Positions 1 through 12,401 of a stretch of DNA of 64,000 bases are shown here, piece after piece (within the stretch, counting starts at the first letter, position 1; the number at the start of each line of letters is the position of its first letter). Location: NCBI RefSeq assembly GCF_030684315.1, contig NC_081360.1, positions 38,175,818 to 38,239,817 on the forward strand, given 5' to 3'. The notes under the pieces are model-generated. The model searched no databases. It was given only the letters and a program-made list of their open reading frames with translations, and had not been told where the DNA came from. Source of the DNA: Stegostoma tigrinum (taxonomy: Eukaryota). A program made the translations under genes and the position numbers.

Positions 1-372
1 GGAAGGGGAGATTTTGAAGCATGTGAAGTCCACATTGATACCATTGGGCTGCAGGGTTCCCAAGCAGAATATGAGTTGCTGTTCCTGCAACCTTGGGGCA
101 GCATCATTGTGGCACTACAGGAGGCCCATGATGGACATGTCGTCTGAGGAATTGGGGGGTGGGGGAGCTAAAATGGTTCGTGACAGGGAGGTGCAGTTGT
201 TTATCGCGAACCGAGCGGTGGTGTTCTGCAAAGCGGTCCCCAAGCCTCCGCTTGGTTTCCCCAATGTACAGGAAGCCACACCAGGTACAGTGGGTACAGT
301 ATACGACATTGGCAGATGTGCAGGTGGAAGTGTGGGGGCAAGTGTAGCACTTCCTGCAATTGCAGGGGAGCA
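1..372 (-). mobile_element. Penelope-like element family A, inverted arm (GIY-YIG remnant), continues off the window start
   Basis: Minus-strand translation TCTSANVVYCTHCTWCGFLYIGETKRRLGDRFAEH; reverse complement of ~430-850 with an internal deletion. Confidence 0.9.
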
Positions 373-1252
373 CTGCCACCGGGACTCCCTTGTCTGCTCC
401 ACACTCCCCTCCAATCCTACCATTCCCGGCACCTTCCCCTGCAACCACAGGAAGAGCTACACTTGCCCCCACACCTCCTCCCTCACCCCCATCCCAGGCC
501 CCAAGATGACTTTCCATATTAAGCAGAGGTTCACCTGCACATCTGCCAATATAGTACCCTGTATCCACTGTACCCCGTGTGGCTTCCTCTACATTGGGGA
601 AACCAAGTGAAGGCTTGGGGACCGCTTTGCAGAACACCTCCGCTCGGTTTGCAATAAACAACTGCACCTCCCAGTCGCGAACCATTTTAACTCACCCCCA
701 ATTCCTTAGACGACATGTCCATCCTGTGCCTCCTGCAGTGCCACAATGATGCTACCCGAAGGTTGCAGGAACAGCAACTCATATTCCGCTTGGGAACCCT
801 GCAGCCCAATGGTATCAACGTGGACTTCACAAGCTTCAAAATCTCCCCCTCCCCCACTGCATCACAAAACCAACCCAGCTTGTCTCCGCCTCCCTAACCT
901 GTTCTTCCTCTCACCTGTCCCCTCCTCCCACCTCAAGCCGCACCTCCATTTCCCACCTACCTCATCCTGCCTCCTTGACCTGTCCATCCTCCCTGGACTG
1001 GCCTATCCCCTCCCCACAGCCCCACCTATACTCTCCTCTCCATCTATCTTCTCCTCTATCCGTCTTCGGTCTGCCTCCCCCTCTCTCCCTATTTATTTCA
1101 GAACCCTCTCCCCATCCCCCTCTCTGATGAAGGGTCTCGGCCCGAAACATCAGCTTTTGTGCTCCTGAGATGCTGCTTGGCCTGCTGTGTTCATCCAGCT
1201 CCACACTTTGTTATCGTGGATTCTCCAGCATCTGCAGTTCCCATTATCACTG
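373..1252 (+). mobile_element. Penelope-like element family A, 3' part: GIY-YIG endonuclease remnant plus pseudo-LTR and 3' tail
   Basis: FTCTSANIVPCIHCTPCGFLYIGETK*RLGDRFAEHLRS and EQQLIFRLGTLQPNGINVDF; pyrimidine-rich UTR; ends ...gcagttcccattatcactg. Confidence 0.92.
1122..1153 (+). ncRNA. Minimal hammerhead ribozyme-like motif in family A pLTR
   Basis: CTGATGA(1124-1130)-A-GGG..CCC stem II-GAAAC(1144-1148)-ATC; other copies read GAAACGTC; stem I only 2 bp. Confidence 0.65.
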
Positions 1253-2876
1253 ATAACATTTGTCTGTGAGTCTGATTTGCAGTGAGACTGGTGCTTTACC
1301 AATGCGGACTCTAGTAGATGTAGGTCCAAGGAGAATGCTCGTCATACAGAGATGTCTGAAGAAGCAATTACAGAATGGCAAGTACAAGCATTCAGTGAGC
1401 TGCAACCACTAGGTGCCTGCTCAGTTTTACGTCAGTTTGCACCTTCTTGTTTCTTGATGGAGGAAAGAAGAATTGCAAGTTGAAGGAAACTGTGATGAGT
1501 TGGGGCTTTCAACGAGATGCAAATTCTTGTAAAGAAGATAATCACCACTCAAAGATAAGATTCTGCGCTCACCATTCTTGGTTTGAAGGGACAATCAGGA
1601 AAATGTTTCCAGATGTAGAGAATTTGATTTTTAAGAATTTCACCAAACTTCCCATCTTTCTGTCTATTACTTTTGTCAGGGAGGGAAAATTCTGCCTCTT
1701 ACCTGAATAGCCAATGAAGCTGGAGACCTCCTCTGACAACTGTCACTAGATGAGAGCTCTAACCCAGAGGAAGGCCTGTCACTGGCCTCAACGCTGTTTC
1801 ATTGCACTTTGGTGCAGAGGGTTTTCCCATAAAGAGACAGCGTTGGTCTCTCTCAGGGTTTCCAGCTGGCAGGCATAACTCTTACATTTCAACAAGTCAA
1901 AATCCAGTTGGAGAATTTAGAACACGTTGCATCCATTGGGTTGTCAGTTATACGACAGTTGGCCTAGCTGTTCAATGAACAGCTCTTCACTTAGCAAAAT
2001 GTTATAGAGAATTGAAGTATTTGATTGACTGCTCAATCTTTTCACTGGCACCTTTTCACCTTTGCTATATTTTGACCAGATATTGATTTCTGTCCCTCTG
2101 AAGAAACTGGTGGAGCTGACCGAAAAAAAAGATGATCCATTTTGATGGAACTGTCAGGTTCCTGTCTACACATGGTTTGATGGAGAGAATTAATTTTCTG
2201 CATAGTCAGGTTACATGTAAGAACTGTACACAGATGTCTAATTGTTATGACTGACAAATGGTGAAAGATGATAAAAGGTGCTACTGTGAAAAGGCTAAAC
2301 AAATCAGATGACCTCAGACTGTCGATAAATTGAAAGAGGAATAAGTAGAATAAGATTCACTCCAGAATCAGGTAGTTGATGAAATATTGAAAAGGCAAAT
2401 GGAATGCAAATGAAAAGTACAGCGCTCCATAAGAAAGATAACTTTTAAAATAGAAATAATCAAACAAGAATATTGGAGGGAAAAAATGATAACCATTTTT
2501 CAGTGGATAATACTGCAGTCTGTGTTTTTCAGATATTATGTCTTAGTACATATATGTGTCATCAAATCATTTGGCTCAAGTTGGATAATCTGGTTCAGAA
2601 TCCTACAGCAGATTGTCATGTGTGACATGAAGTGAAATCTTTTAGCAAGTTCTTTAGACCATCCCAAGATCATCTCCTAAAAGAAATCCTCTAATTGAAA
2701 ACGATAAGTGAGCTAAAAGTTTTCAGCAAACTGGAGAGGAAATGGAAGGTGGGAGGACTGGTAATACAGAGGGGGAAAGTGTTGGGAAGGTAGTTTAATG
2801 TCTGTAAGTTTGTCAAACAGGGATGACAAGAAGAAAGCCCATCCGCAGATACTCAGAGAGGCTGTTGTTTATGAGA

Positions 2877-3001
2877 CAAAGTTCTGAGGAAGGGTCACTG
2901 AACTTGAAACATTAACTCTGTTTCTCTCTCCATGGCTGCCCCAGCGTTTTCTGTTTTGTTTCAGATCTGCAGCACGTACGATTCTTTGTATTTTTATCTC
3001 A
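2877..3001 (+). mobile_element. Short PLE family B insertion (hammerhead core plus tail)
   Basis: Starts caaagttCTGAGGAagggtc...GAAAC; perfect 12-bp TSD ttgtttatgaga at 2865-2876 and 3002-3013. Confidence 0.85.
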
Positions 3002-3019
3002 TTGTTTATGAGAGTAATA

Positions 3020-3121
3020 GGGTCATAAAGTTACACAGCATGGAAACAAACCCTTCAGTCTAACCAGTCCACACTGACCATGTTCTCAAACTAAACTAGT
3101 CCTGTCTGCCTGTGTTTGGCC
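3020..3121 (-). mobile_element. CR1/HER1-type LINE 3' end fragment
   Basis: Matches the CR1 3' termini at ~9465-9560 and ~42140-42245. Confidence 0.75.
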
Positions 3122-4509
3122 TAGTTATTGTTGTCAGATTCTGTTCTGGTGCACTGTTGCTTCAAGGGTATGTCTTTACATGTCTGCATTCATGTTCCTG
3201 TTTATCCCAAACTGTTTTTTTCAAGAAAAGGCTATGACGCCCAGTAATGATATGTTCGATCGGAATTCTTCCCCTTTCAACCCAAGGACGTCTGTGCTCG
3301 ATGTTCCACCCAACAAATGTGGAGCTCCACACACTGGTCTACATTACAACTGAATACGTTTACTTACAAGCAAAAATGCAAGAGATATTAAAAATGCATT
3401 ACAAATGTCCTCCCACCTTCATGGCATATTGCCAGTGGCAGGAAACAATGCTGTCCTTCAAGTCAATTAAGTTGCCATTAAGGGCCTTTTTATGCTCCCA
3501 CAGGCATTTTGTTTGTGTTGAGACAGCCTGTCACCAGATGAGGAGACTGCCAAACGAATGTTTTGTGAACGTTCGAATTTGCTGTAATTAATGAACTGTT
3601 TCAACATAGTGCCCTCTGCAGGCAATGCAAAGTCTGAATGAACAACATAACATCTCCTTAACAATCAAAGCAAAGACTGATTCATTCACCCAGTGGATCC
3701 TGAACCAGGAAGTGTCCAGTAGAAGATTCACTTTAATGATAGATTATCTACTAAAAGCAAAGTAAAGAAAGTGAGCCAAATATAGTATTGAATTAATGAG
3801 GCAGAAAAAAATGGTCAAAGGGCATCTCTATTTTTTGATTTGTTAGTTTCCCACCAACAATTAACATCAAAAGGAATGTAACAATATATCTTGACAGTAA
3901 TTAAGAAATTTTATACCATTGAATGTTTTTTCATACAAGCAATATGTGCTAAACATTCTGGTGAGTTTAGTTGGTCTCTGTCATGTATACAGCAACTCCA
4001 TGCAGCTTTTAGTATGAGATACCGATATTGTGAAGAGCAATCTGGAACAGCAGGGCAACTTGGACAGCAGCTTCCTAATTTTTGTTTTTAACTGTGATTA
4101 TGTTGTTGCTGGATGTTGCTGTGTATTTTGCTCATCAGTACCAATGGTTTGAATTTTCTCATTATAGATGCCTCCACATCATGTTGAATGAGATTCATGG
4201 TGCCCAGTCTGTCATAGTTTGGAGGAATTTCTCACATAACCTACTTTTCACCTCATTAGTTATGCAACCAGGCTCGTGGCCATCTTTCTCTGTGAATCAT
4301 ATGATAGAAACACAGAAATGTTAACTACTGTTGACACCTTCTGGCTTTTGTACTTCTGGCACCCTAGTAAAGACCAGGCATAAATCACTCAAGGCACCAC
4401 AATCTGGGAACTGGCCCTCATACTATTATGTGTGAGGCTCAACATTCAACATAGGGCCCAGAAGGAAAGAAAATGCATTTTCTGCTTCACAGACAAGTAC
4501 CGAAAGGTC

Positions 4510-5840
4510 AGAGTCATAGAGTCGTACAGCACTTTGGCCCAAGCTGGTCTGCGCTGATCAAAATGTCCATCCACATTAAGCCCATTTCCCTGCAGTTAGC
4601 CCATTTCCTCCCAACCCTTTCCTATTCATGTATTTGCCCAAATGCCTTTTATATGTTGTTAATGTATGCACCTCAGCCAATTCCACTGGCAGCTCATTCC
4701 ATATGCATACCACCCTCTGTGTAATGAAGTTGCCCCTCAGGTTCCTACGTATTCTTTCCCCTCTTACCTTAAACTGATGCCCTCCAGTTCACAATTCTCC
4801 AACCCTGGGACAAGGACTGAGTGCATTTACCCTATCCATGCCTCTCATGGTATTATACACTTCTATAAGATCCCTCCTCAGTCTCCTCCACTCTAAAGAA
4901 AAATGCCCTGGCTTGTCCAACCTCTCCCTATAATTCAGTCCCTTGAGTCCTGGCAATACCCTTGTAAATTTCTTCTGCATTCTTTCCAGTTTAATAGCAT
5001 CCTTCTTATAGCAAGGGGACTAAAACTGAACACAATACTCCAAGTCCAGCCTGTCCATCGTCATGTCCAACGTCATCATAACTTCCCAACTTCTATACTC
5101 AATGCCCTAGACTGATGAAGGCCAGTATGCCAAAAGCCTTCTTCACTGCCCTGTTGACCTATGACTCCACTTTCAGAGAACCATTCACCTGAACTCCAAG
5201 GTCCGTCTCTTCCAGTACATTCCTTAAGGCCTTACCATTCACCATGAAATTCCTAACTGGACTTGACTTTCCAAAATGCAACACCTCACACTTATCTATA
5301 TTAAACCCCATTTATCAGCCCACTTCCACAGCTGATCAAGATCCTGCTGCAATTTCTGTTAACCTTCCTCACTGTCCATGATATCACCTATTTTAGTATC
5401 ATCAGCAAACTTACTAATCATGTCTTGTACATTCTCACCCTAATCATTGATTATAGATAACAAACAGCAATGGGCCCAGCATGACCCCTGAGGCACACCA
5501 CTGGTCACAGGTCTCCTGTCAGACAAGCATCCTTCCACTGTTACTCTCTGCTTCCTTCCATCAAGCCAATTGTATATCCACTTGGCCAGATCTTCCTGGA
5601 TTCCATGTGATCTAACCTTCCAGAACAGCCTACCATGTGGAACCTTATCAAAGGCCTTAGTGAAATCCATATAGACTATATCTACTGCCCTGTTCTCATC
5701 AACCTTCCTGGTCACTTCATCAAAGAACTATAACCAATTTGTGAGGCATGATCTCCCATGCACAAAGCCATGCTGACTAATCCTAATTAAACCCTGTCTT
5801 TCCAAATGTATGTATATCTTATCCCTCAGAATCTTCTCAA
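4510..5840 (-). mobile_element. CR1 (HER1-like) LINE, 5'-truncated, decayed RT
   Basis: VDIVYMDFTKAFDKVPHGRL, GVPQGS, RRLRRDLIEVYNTMRGMDRV; possible 5-bp TSD aaggt at 4504-4508 and 5839-5843. Confidence 0.95.
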
Positions 5841-6033
5841 GGTATTGGTGAATGGACTTGTGGAGAGAATGGCAAGCCTTTTTCCAGCTGGCTGCCATAG
5901 GAAACTATGCCACTATACCTTGGCAGTCAAGTTTCAGAATGAAACCCAGTCCATCTCTGCATCCCCAGTAGAGTGAGGTGCCCAGTAACGCAGCCAGAAG
6001 ACCAATGATATTCTGCATTCGACAAAGGTAAGT
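5841..6033 (+). pseudogene. PIF/Harbinger Myb/SANT-like ORF relic; N-terminal part at ~4465-4508, split by the CR1
   Basis: Rejoined reading FTDKYRK|VLVNGLVERMASLFP...QKTNDILHSTK followed by a GTAAGT donor; recognised by eye only. Confidence 0.55.
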
Positions 6034-6109
6034 GCCACATCTACTCTCTGCTACCTTGCAGTGTCACCAATCACTCCGCCACTGCATATACATCTCACCA
6101 AGGCTACCT

Positions 6110-7035
6110 TTTAATTATCACTCGGCTTGTGGGCATTGCTAGCTGACCTGTATCTATTGTCTACCCTAGGTTGATCCACAATACCATTAGGATATGAATT
6201 CTAGGTTTCTGACCCAATGACAATGAAGGAACGATGATATATTTCCAAGTCAGGATGATGAGTGCTTGGAAGGGAACTTGCAGTTGGGGATGTTCCCATG
6301 TATCTACTGTCCTTGTCCTTCTAGATGGAAGTGGATGTGGGTTTGGAAGGCGCTATCTATGGATCATTGGAAAATTACTGCAATGCATCTTGTAGACAGC
6401 ACTTACTGCTGCTACTGAGCATTGGAAGGATCAAATATTCATGGATGTGCTGTCAATCAAGCTGACTGTTTTCTTCTGTATTGTGTCAAGCTTCCTGAGT
6501 GTTGCTGGAGCTGCACTCATCTGGCCAATGCAGAATATTCCATCACACTCCTGACTTGTGTCTTGTAGATGGTGGACATGCTTTGGGGAGTCAGGAGAGG
6601 ACTTAGTCACTGTGGTATTCCTAGCCTCTGCTCTTGAAGTCAGTATGTTTATATGGTGAATCCAGTTGAATTTCTGGTGAGCAGTAGCCCACAAGTCATT
6701 GATTGGGGATTCTCATTGAATGTCAAGGTGCTGTGGTTAGATCATTCCTGATTAGAGATAGACATTGCCTTGCACACGTATGGGGCGAATGTTACTTGCA
6801 ACTTTTTTGCCAAGCCTGGATATTGTCTAGATCTTGTTGCATTTGAACATGGACTGCTTCAGTATCTGAGGAGTCTCAAATGGTGCTGAACATTGTGCAA
6901 TCATCGGTGAACATCCCCACTTCTGACCTTATGATGGAGGGAATGTCATTGATAAAGCAGCTGATGATGCATGGGCCTTGGACACTACCCTGAGGAATTC
7001 CAACAGAGAGATCCTGGAGCTGTGATGACTGACCT
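6110..7035 (-). mobile_element. Decayed L2/CR1-group LINE (Crack/Daphne-like) 3' part
   Basis: RT motifs GIPQGSVQGPCIISCFINDIPSIIRSEVGMFTDDCTMF; homologous to 29200-29915 and 61945-62440. Confidence 0.8.
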
Positions 7036-7884
7036 CCAAAAACCTGAAATGTGCCAGGTATGGCTACAACCCTCACGATTGCATGCATCATGTCTGCTCA
7101 AACACCTGCTTCATCATCATAAACTATTAATCCTTCCTGCCCTCGAAGTATCCTGCAAGAACAGGCTTGATGACATGGTAATATGATGATTAAGGGTCAG
7201 GGAGGCCATGGACCATGCAGAGATGAATGAAGAAGCAATTCTAATATGGCCAGGACAAGCATTTGGGAAGCTGCAGCTGCCTGGCACGTAATTTGACTTA
7301 CATGTGGGAATTTGCACTTTAGTTTCCCGGTGAAGGAGAGGGAAAATGGAAATGGCACATAAGTAAGTGGAGTTGGGGTTTTAAGAGATGCAAATCAATA
7401 GAAATAAAGTTGTGACCAATCAATGACAAGATTCTGATGATCTTATTTAAGACTTCAGGGGAAAGTTAGCAACAAGTTTCCTTGATGTTGAGGATCCAAT
7501 TCTTTTCGCTCTCATAGCATTTTCTCACTTTTCTCACTAATACTCTTCTCACATCATGATGGTGAAAATTCTTCCCAGTGAGCACTGATAGTTGCGCCAT
7601 TATTTTTAATGCAGAATTTGGATTGGTGTGATTGCATAAAGCTTAAATATCACACTTATTCCAAGAAAGCTAACAGGCATTGAAATAATTCTAAAACTTA
7701 AGCACAATGGGAAGAAGGTTTGCAGCACAAACTTTCACATGAAGTACACTGGATGTGAGTTTATCATGTATTATTTGTGTTTGGGAGCTTAATTTTTAGA
7801 CTTAATTGGGTTCTTGTTTTTAAGTTCTGGGAACATGATTTGTATTCTTTTTAAAAGTTCAGAAAGTCATTTTAAAGTAATTTG

Positions 7885-8017
7885 AAAAAAAAGTCATACT
7901 GGATTGGCAATATTAACTGTGTTACTTACTTCACAGATGTTGCCAGACCTGCTGCATGTTTTCAATTCTCTGTGTTTGTGTCAGATTTCCAGCATATGCA
8001 GTATTTTACTTTTATTT
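7885..8017 (+). mobile_element. Old PLE family B-like pLTR tail
   Basis: cacagatgttgccagacctgctg...tttccagcatatgcagtattttacttttt. Confidence 0.7.
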
Positions 8018-8499
8018 AACTTCCTTTAAGTGCCCCAATCCATTCCTCCCTCCCCAACCTGTCTTTGCTGTATACTCACATCTTTCTTTGGTGTCTCCCT
8101 TATGTCCCCGCATGGTCTCTTTGGTCTCATCCCTTTCTTGTGATGCACCTCGAGCTACCTCAATCCAATGGATTATAAACAAGGAAAGCCTTCTGAGAAA
8201 ACATGTTTTGGGATGTGTTGGGGGTGGTTGTCACCATGGTTCTGATCAATGTGAAAGAAACTGGCAGTCAATATTTCATACCTTCCCTACACGGTCCTTT
8301 ATTCATCATATGATTTTGTTAACTGCTTTACTTTGAAAGGCTTAATGAAACATTAAGATAGTTATGTTTTCAAAATGCTTCAGAGGTAAAATATGTATTA
8401 TATAATTTACCTGTATGTTGCAAGATCACTGTATTTTGTCTTACTTGATAACTGAAGTTCTAACATTTCTTTGTTAAGTTATAGCCACGTTTCTTTTTA

Positions 8500-8700
8500 T
8501 TTCTGAACCAACATCATTAAAATAGATCACATTGCAGTTGGTAGATTAGTTGCATTGCCCCATATGTATTATTGCCATATGTAGATTAGCTGCATATTTT
8601 CTATATCAAGAGCAACTACATGAAATTGTGATTAATTGGCTATAAAGCACTTTAGGATGTCTTGAAGTCATAACAGCAGCTACATGAATACAATTTTTTT
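8500..8700 (+). mobile_element. Old SINE 3' half with L2-type tail
   Basis: attggctataaagcactttaggatgtcttgaagtcat; homologous to ~30950-31135 and ~35020-35060. Confidence 0.55.
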
Positions 8701-9464
8701 TATACCTCTCAGTTCTTTGCCTAAAGCCTGTTTATCTTACAAATGGCATTAGCATGGGCTTTGGAGCAGATAGCCTAGTAAGCATCTTGGCTATTTTTCC
8801 CAGATCCAGTAACATTTAGATATCTTTGTTTGTATATTTTAAATTTATATTCCTTTCAGCCTGTACTTATTTATTGTAAATTTGGAAAATCAATGATACG
8901 TCAAATTTATAGAACTCAGTTTTGTCTCACAAGATTATTGACAATTCTTTTCATTAAACAGATGAGATTAAATGTACCCTTCAAAGCTAAGCCTTGATTA
9001 AAAGCTAATTAAACAACCTCCTGATAGGTACTGCCTTTTTGTCCATAGTTTCAACTTTATCCTCTTGCAGACATCATGGGAAAAATCTTACCTTCCAAGG
9101 GCAGCCAGGGATTGGAGGAATGTAAAATGTTAAATCCCCTAAAATTAACACAATGATACAAGATCTTAACACCTACACAGCCCCTACATCCAGGTATCAT
9201 GTGGGTTCATTTATTAGTTTGCCTGCAAATAGAAAACCCTTGAGGGATCAGCTGGATTAATTGTCATGTTAGCTGTTATTTATGAATAAACTAACAATGA
9301 TTGTAACCAAGGATTCTGGTTTCAACAGCCAGCACACATTATTCCTGAGCAGCCCATAAGACCATAACACTTAGAAACAGAAGGTTGCTAATAACTTAGG
9401 TTTCCACAATATTTTTTTCTGAGAGTTGCCTCTTATTGCTTTGTGTGGGAGACCAGGTGTAAAT

Positions 9465-10125
9465 AGACTCATACGCCATACACAGAATCTTCAGTCCAAC
9501 TAGCCCATGCTGACCATATTCCCAAATTAAACTAGCCCCTCCTGCCTGTGTTTGGCCCATATCCTGCCAAACCTTTCCTATTCATGTACTTATCCAAATG
9601 TTTTTTAAATGCTGTAACAGTATCTGCATCCATCATTTCCTCTAGCAGTTCATTCCACACACTAACCACTCTCCGTGTAAACATTTTGCCAATCATTTCT
9701 ACTTTAAATCTTTCTCTTCTCACCTTAAAAATATCACCCCTAGGTTTGAACACCTTCAACCTTGGGAAAAGACCTTTGCCATTCACCTTATCTGTGCACC
9801 TCATATATAAACATCTGTAAGGTCAGCCCTCAACCACCTTTGTTCCAGTGAAAGAAGTCGCAGCCTTTTTTTTTAATTCAAACCTTCCATTCTCAGCATG
9901 CCTTGGTAGATCTTTTCTGAACTCTGTCCAATTTAATAACAACTTTCCTATAACAGAGCAACCAGAACGGTGCACTGTACTCCAGCAGAAGCCCTTCCAG
10001 TGTTCCGTACAACCTCAACATGATGTCCCAAATCCCAAACTCAAAAGTCTGAGCAATAAAGGCAAACGTGCTAAATGTCTTCTGTCTACATGTGATGCAG
10101 ATTTCAAAATAATTATACACCTGAA
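9465..10125 (-). mobile_element. CR1 LINE 3' fragment
   Basis: RRVVSVWNELLEEMMDADTVTAFKKHLDKYM; LLEYSAPFW...KLDRVQKR. Confidence 0.9.
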
Positions 10126-10163
10126 CTCTGGCAGGATTAGGAATCAGGTTAGAAAAACAATTA

Positions 10164-10391
10164 ATAACAAAAACAGAAATTGATGGAAAAGTTCAACATG
10201 TCTGGCAGCATCTCTGAAGAGAAATCGGAGTTAATGTTTCAGGTCAAGTGATCCTTCCTCAGGATGTTCTGAGGAAGAGTCAATCAACCTGAAATGTTAA
10301 TTCTGATTTCTTTCTACAGATGCTGCCAGACATGCTGAGCCTTTCCAGCAATTTCTGTTTTACAGCATCCGCAGTTCTTTTGGTTTTTATT
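10164..10391. mobile_element. Palindromic mini-PLE family B (two inverted pLTR ends)
   Basis: Arms meet at ...cttcctcag|gatgtt|ctgaggaag...; degenerate 15-bp TSD at 10149-10163 and 10392-10406 (12/15). Confidence 0.85.
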
Positions 10392-10427
10392 TTGGAAAAT
10401 CTATTAGTATTTCAATTTTAATACTTT

Positions 10428-10765
10428 GAGCGAGGTGTCGTGGTAATGTCACTAGACTAGGAACGTAGAAGTCCAGGCCAATGTTCTGTGTAAGTGATGC
10501 AGATCTCATCAGGACAGATGGTGAAATTTGAACTCAATAGAATCTGGAATAGAGAGCTGTCCTAAAAGTGACCATGTAACTATTGTTGAAAAATCCCATT
10601 GGTTCGCTTTGGTCATTTGGGGAAGGAAATCCACTATCTTTACCAGGTCTGGCTTGCATGTAACTCCAGACCCACATGTAGTTGACACTTATCTGCACTC
10701 TGGATGATTATATATGGGTAATAAATGCTGGCCTAACCAGCAACCCTACATCATCTGAAAAAACT
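10428..10765 (+). mobile_element. tRNA-derived SINE with LINE-derived tail
   Basis: A-box-like gtggtaatgtcactagact; tail gggtaataaatgctggcctaaccagc shared with LINE ends near 6130 and 62400; sister copy at 48875-49232. Confidence 0.75.
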
Positions 10766-11436
10766 TTTAAAAATATTATTGGTTAATGATAGTTATTGCT
10801 ATATTAATATTAAATCCCAATTTGCAATGCCTCCTGATGCTGTGCTCTTTTTATGTGGCTGGTTCTTGTGCAGTAATTCCTTGAGTGTGAAACCCACCTT
10901 GCACCTCTGCTGAGGTTGTGAGATTTACAGGATTATTTTTGTGCACTACTGCAAATTTTGGAAACTCTAAACTATGTTTTTCCAGGTTTAAGAGTTTGTG
11001 ACCACTGCCATCTGCCTACGAAGTGTTGGAAATATTCTTACAGATTAGTGTTACATGTTTTTCTGCCTTTAAATGTTATAATTAGGTGTTGTATTGTAAC
11101 ATAGATGTATTTTTAAAGCAGAGAGTGCTCTCTCATGCAAAAGGTAGGATTGGCCATCATATTCATAACTATTGTGTAAATGTTGAAATGCATTATTGTT
11201 TGTTCGAAATGGAGAAAGTGCCAAAATACAATTCAACATGGAGAATAATATGCTGAGGAATTCACCTGTCATGTTTAAACCGATATGTAAATGTCCAGAG
11301 TTCACACATTTTGAAAAAAGATTTCAGTACCATTGAGAGTACAAAATAATCTAATCCTGTGCTACACTCAGTTGATTCAGATCAGAGGCAATTTGAAATT
11401 AAACACATGCGCAGCTTAAAATAGAGCCAACTGATT

Positions 11437-11712
11437 GGTGGCATGGTGGCTCAGTGGTTAGCACTGCAGCCTCACAGTGCCAGGGACCCAGGTTCAATTT
11501 CCACTTCAGGCAACTGTCTGTGTGGGTTTGCTCCAGTTTCCTCCCACAGTCCAAAGATGTGCAGGTTAGGTGGATTGGCCATGCTAAATTGCCCACAGTG
11601 TTCACGGGTGGGTGGGTTATAGGTGGATGGGTCTGGGTGGGATGCTTCAAGGGACAGTGTGGACTTGTTGGGCCAAAGGGCCTGTTGCCACACTGTAGGG
11701 AATCTAAATACT
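11437..11712 (+). mobile_element. HE1-type V-SINE
   Basis: tRNA head tggctcagtggttagcact...ggttcaatt; V-domain ggtggattggccatgctaaattgccc; CR1-like tail. Confidence 0.9.
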
Positions 11713-12031
11713 AACTGATTTATCAATTTCAATGGACTCCATTTCTTTTAAATTTCCTAGCGTTTTGGTATAATCAGGACTAGTATAGATGCTGGGCTGT
11801 GTTGTCTATGTGTTGGATGCATTGATCAGTCTATGTACTAACAACGGTTAACTTGAATGGTGTTCTCACTGAGGTAGACAAAGGAATGCAGAATTTGGTT
11901 TGCAATTCAACATGATTATATTAAAAAAGTACTCCTTATTATAAACATCAAGTGAGCATTTCCGAAGCTCCCACAATGTTTACTGTCTACCTAACTCTTT
12001 TCATCTGAGAAGGATGTGTTTGAGCTGCGCA

Positions 12032-12121
12032 GTCTCTTTCGCTCTCTCACTGTCTGTCTGTCTGTCTGTCTGTCTGTCGCTCTCTCTCTCTCTCTGTCTC
12101 TCTCTCTCTCTCTCTCTGTCT
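12032..12121 (+). repeat. Compound (TCTG)n/(TC)n microsatellite
   Basis: Directly visible. Confidence 0.95.
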
Positions 12122-12401
12122 CCAGATAGTTGGAATTCTGCTGCTGGACCAGGTTGAGTCTCCGTCAAGCCTTCACTGCATTTTCAATGTCTTCACTGAG
12201 ATAGCTGTGTGTCCTCATTCCTCCTCGCAACGGACTTTCCAGAAGGTTCTGTGACCTCTGTTCAATGGGGTTATATGTTGGTTTCAAATCATTCGGTAGA
12301 ATTGCACCAACGCCTTTCGTGGTTGCCATGCTGGGAAGTGTAAAGTGCACATACTCAGGCAGTCAAGATGCTAGAGGGTCTGATTGATACTTCTCTAGTA
12401 C

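Noticed and set aside
14-685. Overlapping 198-aa and 193-aa ORFs as genes
   Set aside because: Chimeric read-throughs of the inverted PLE junction; only the GIY-YIG part is protein-like
11437-11510. tRNA gene
   Set aside because: tRNA-derived SINE head continuing into the V-domain; no intact cloverleaf (same for 13498, 33752, 61470)
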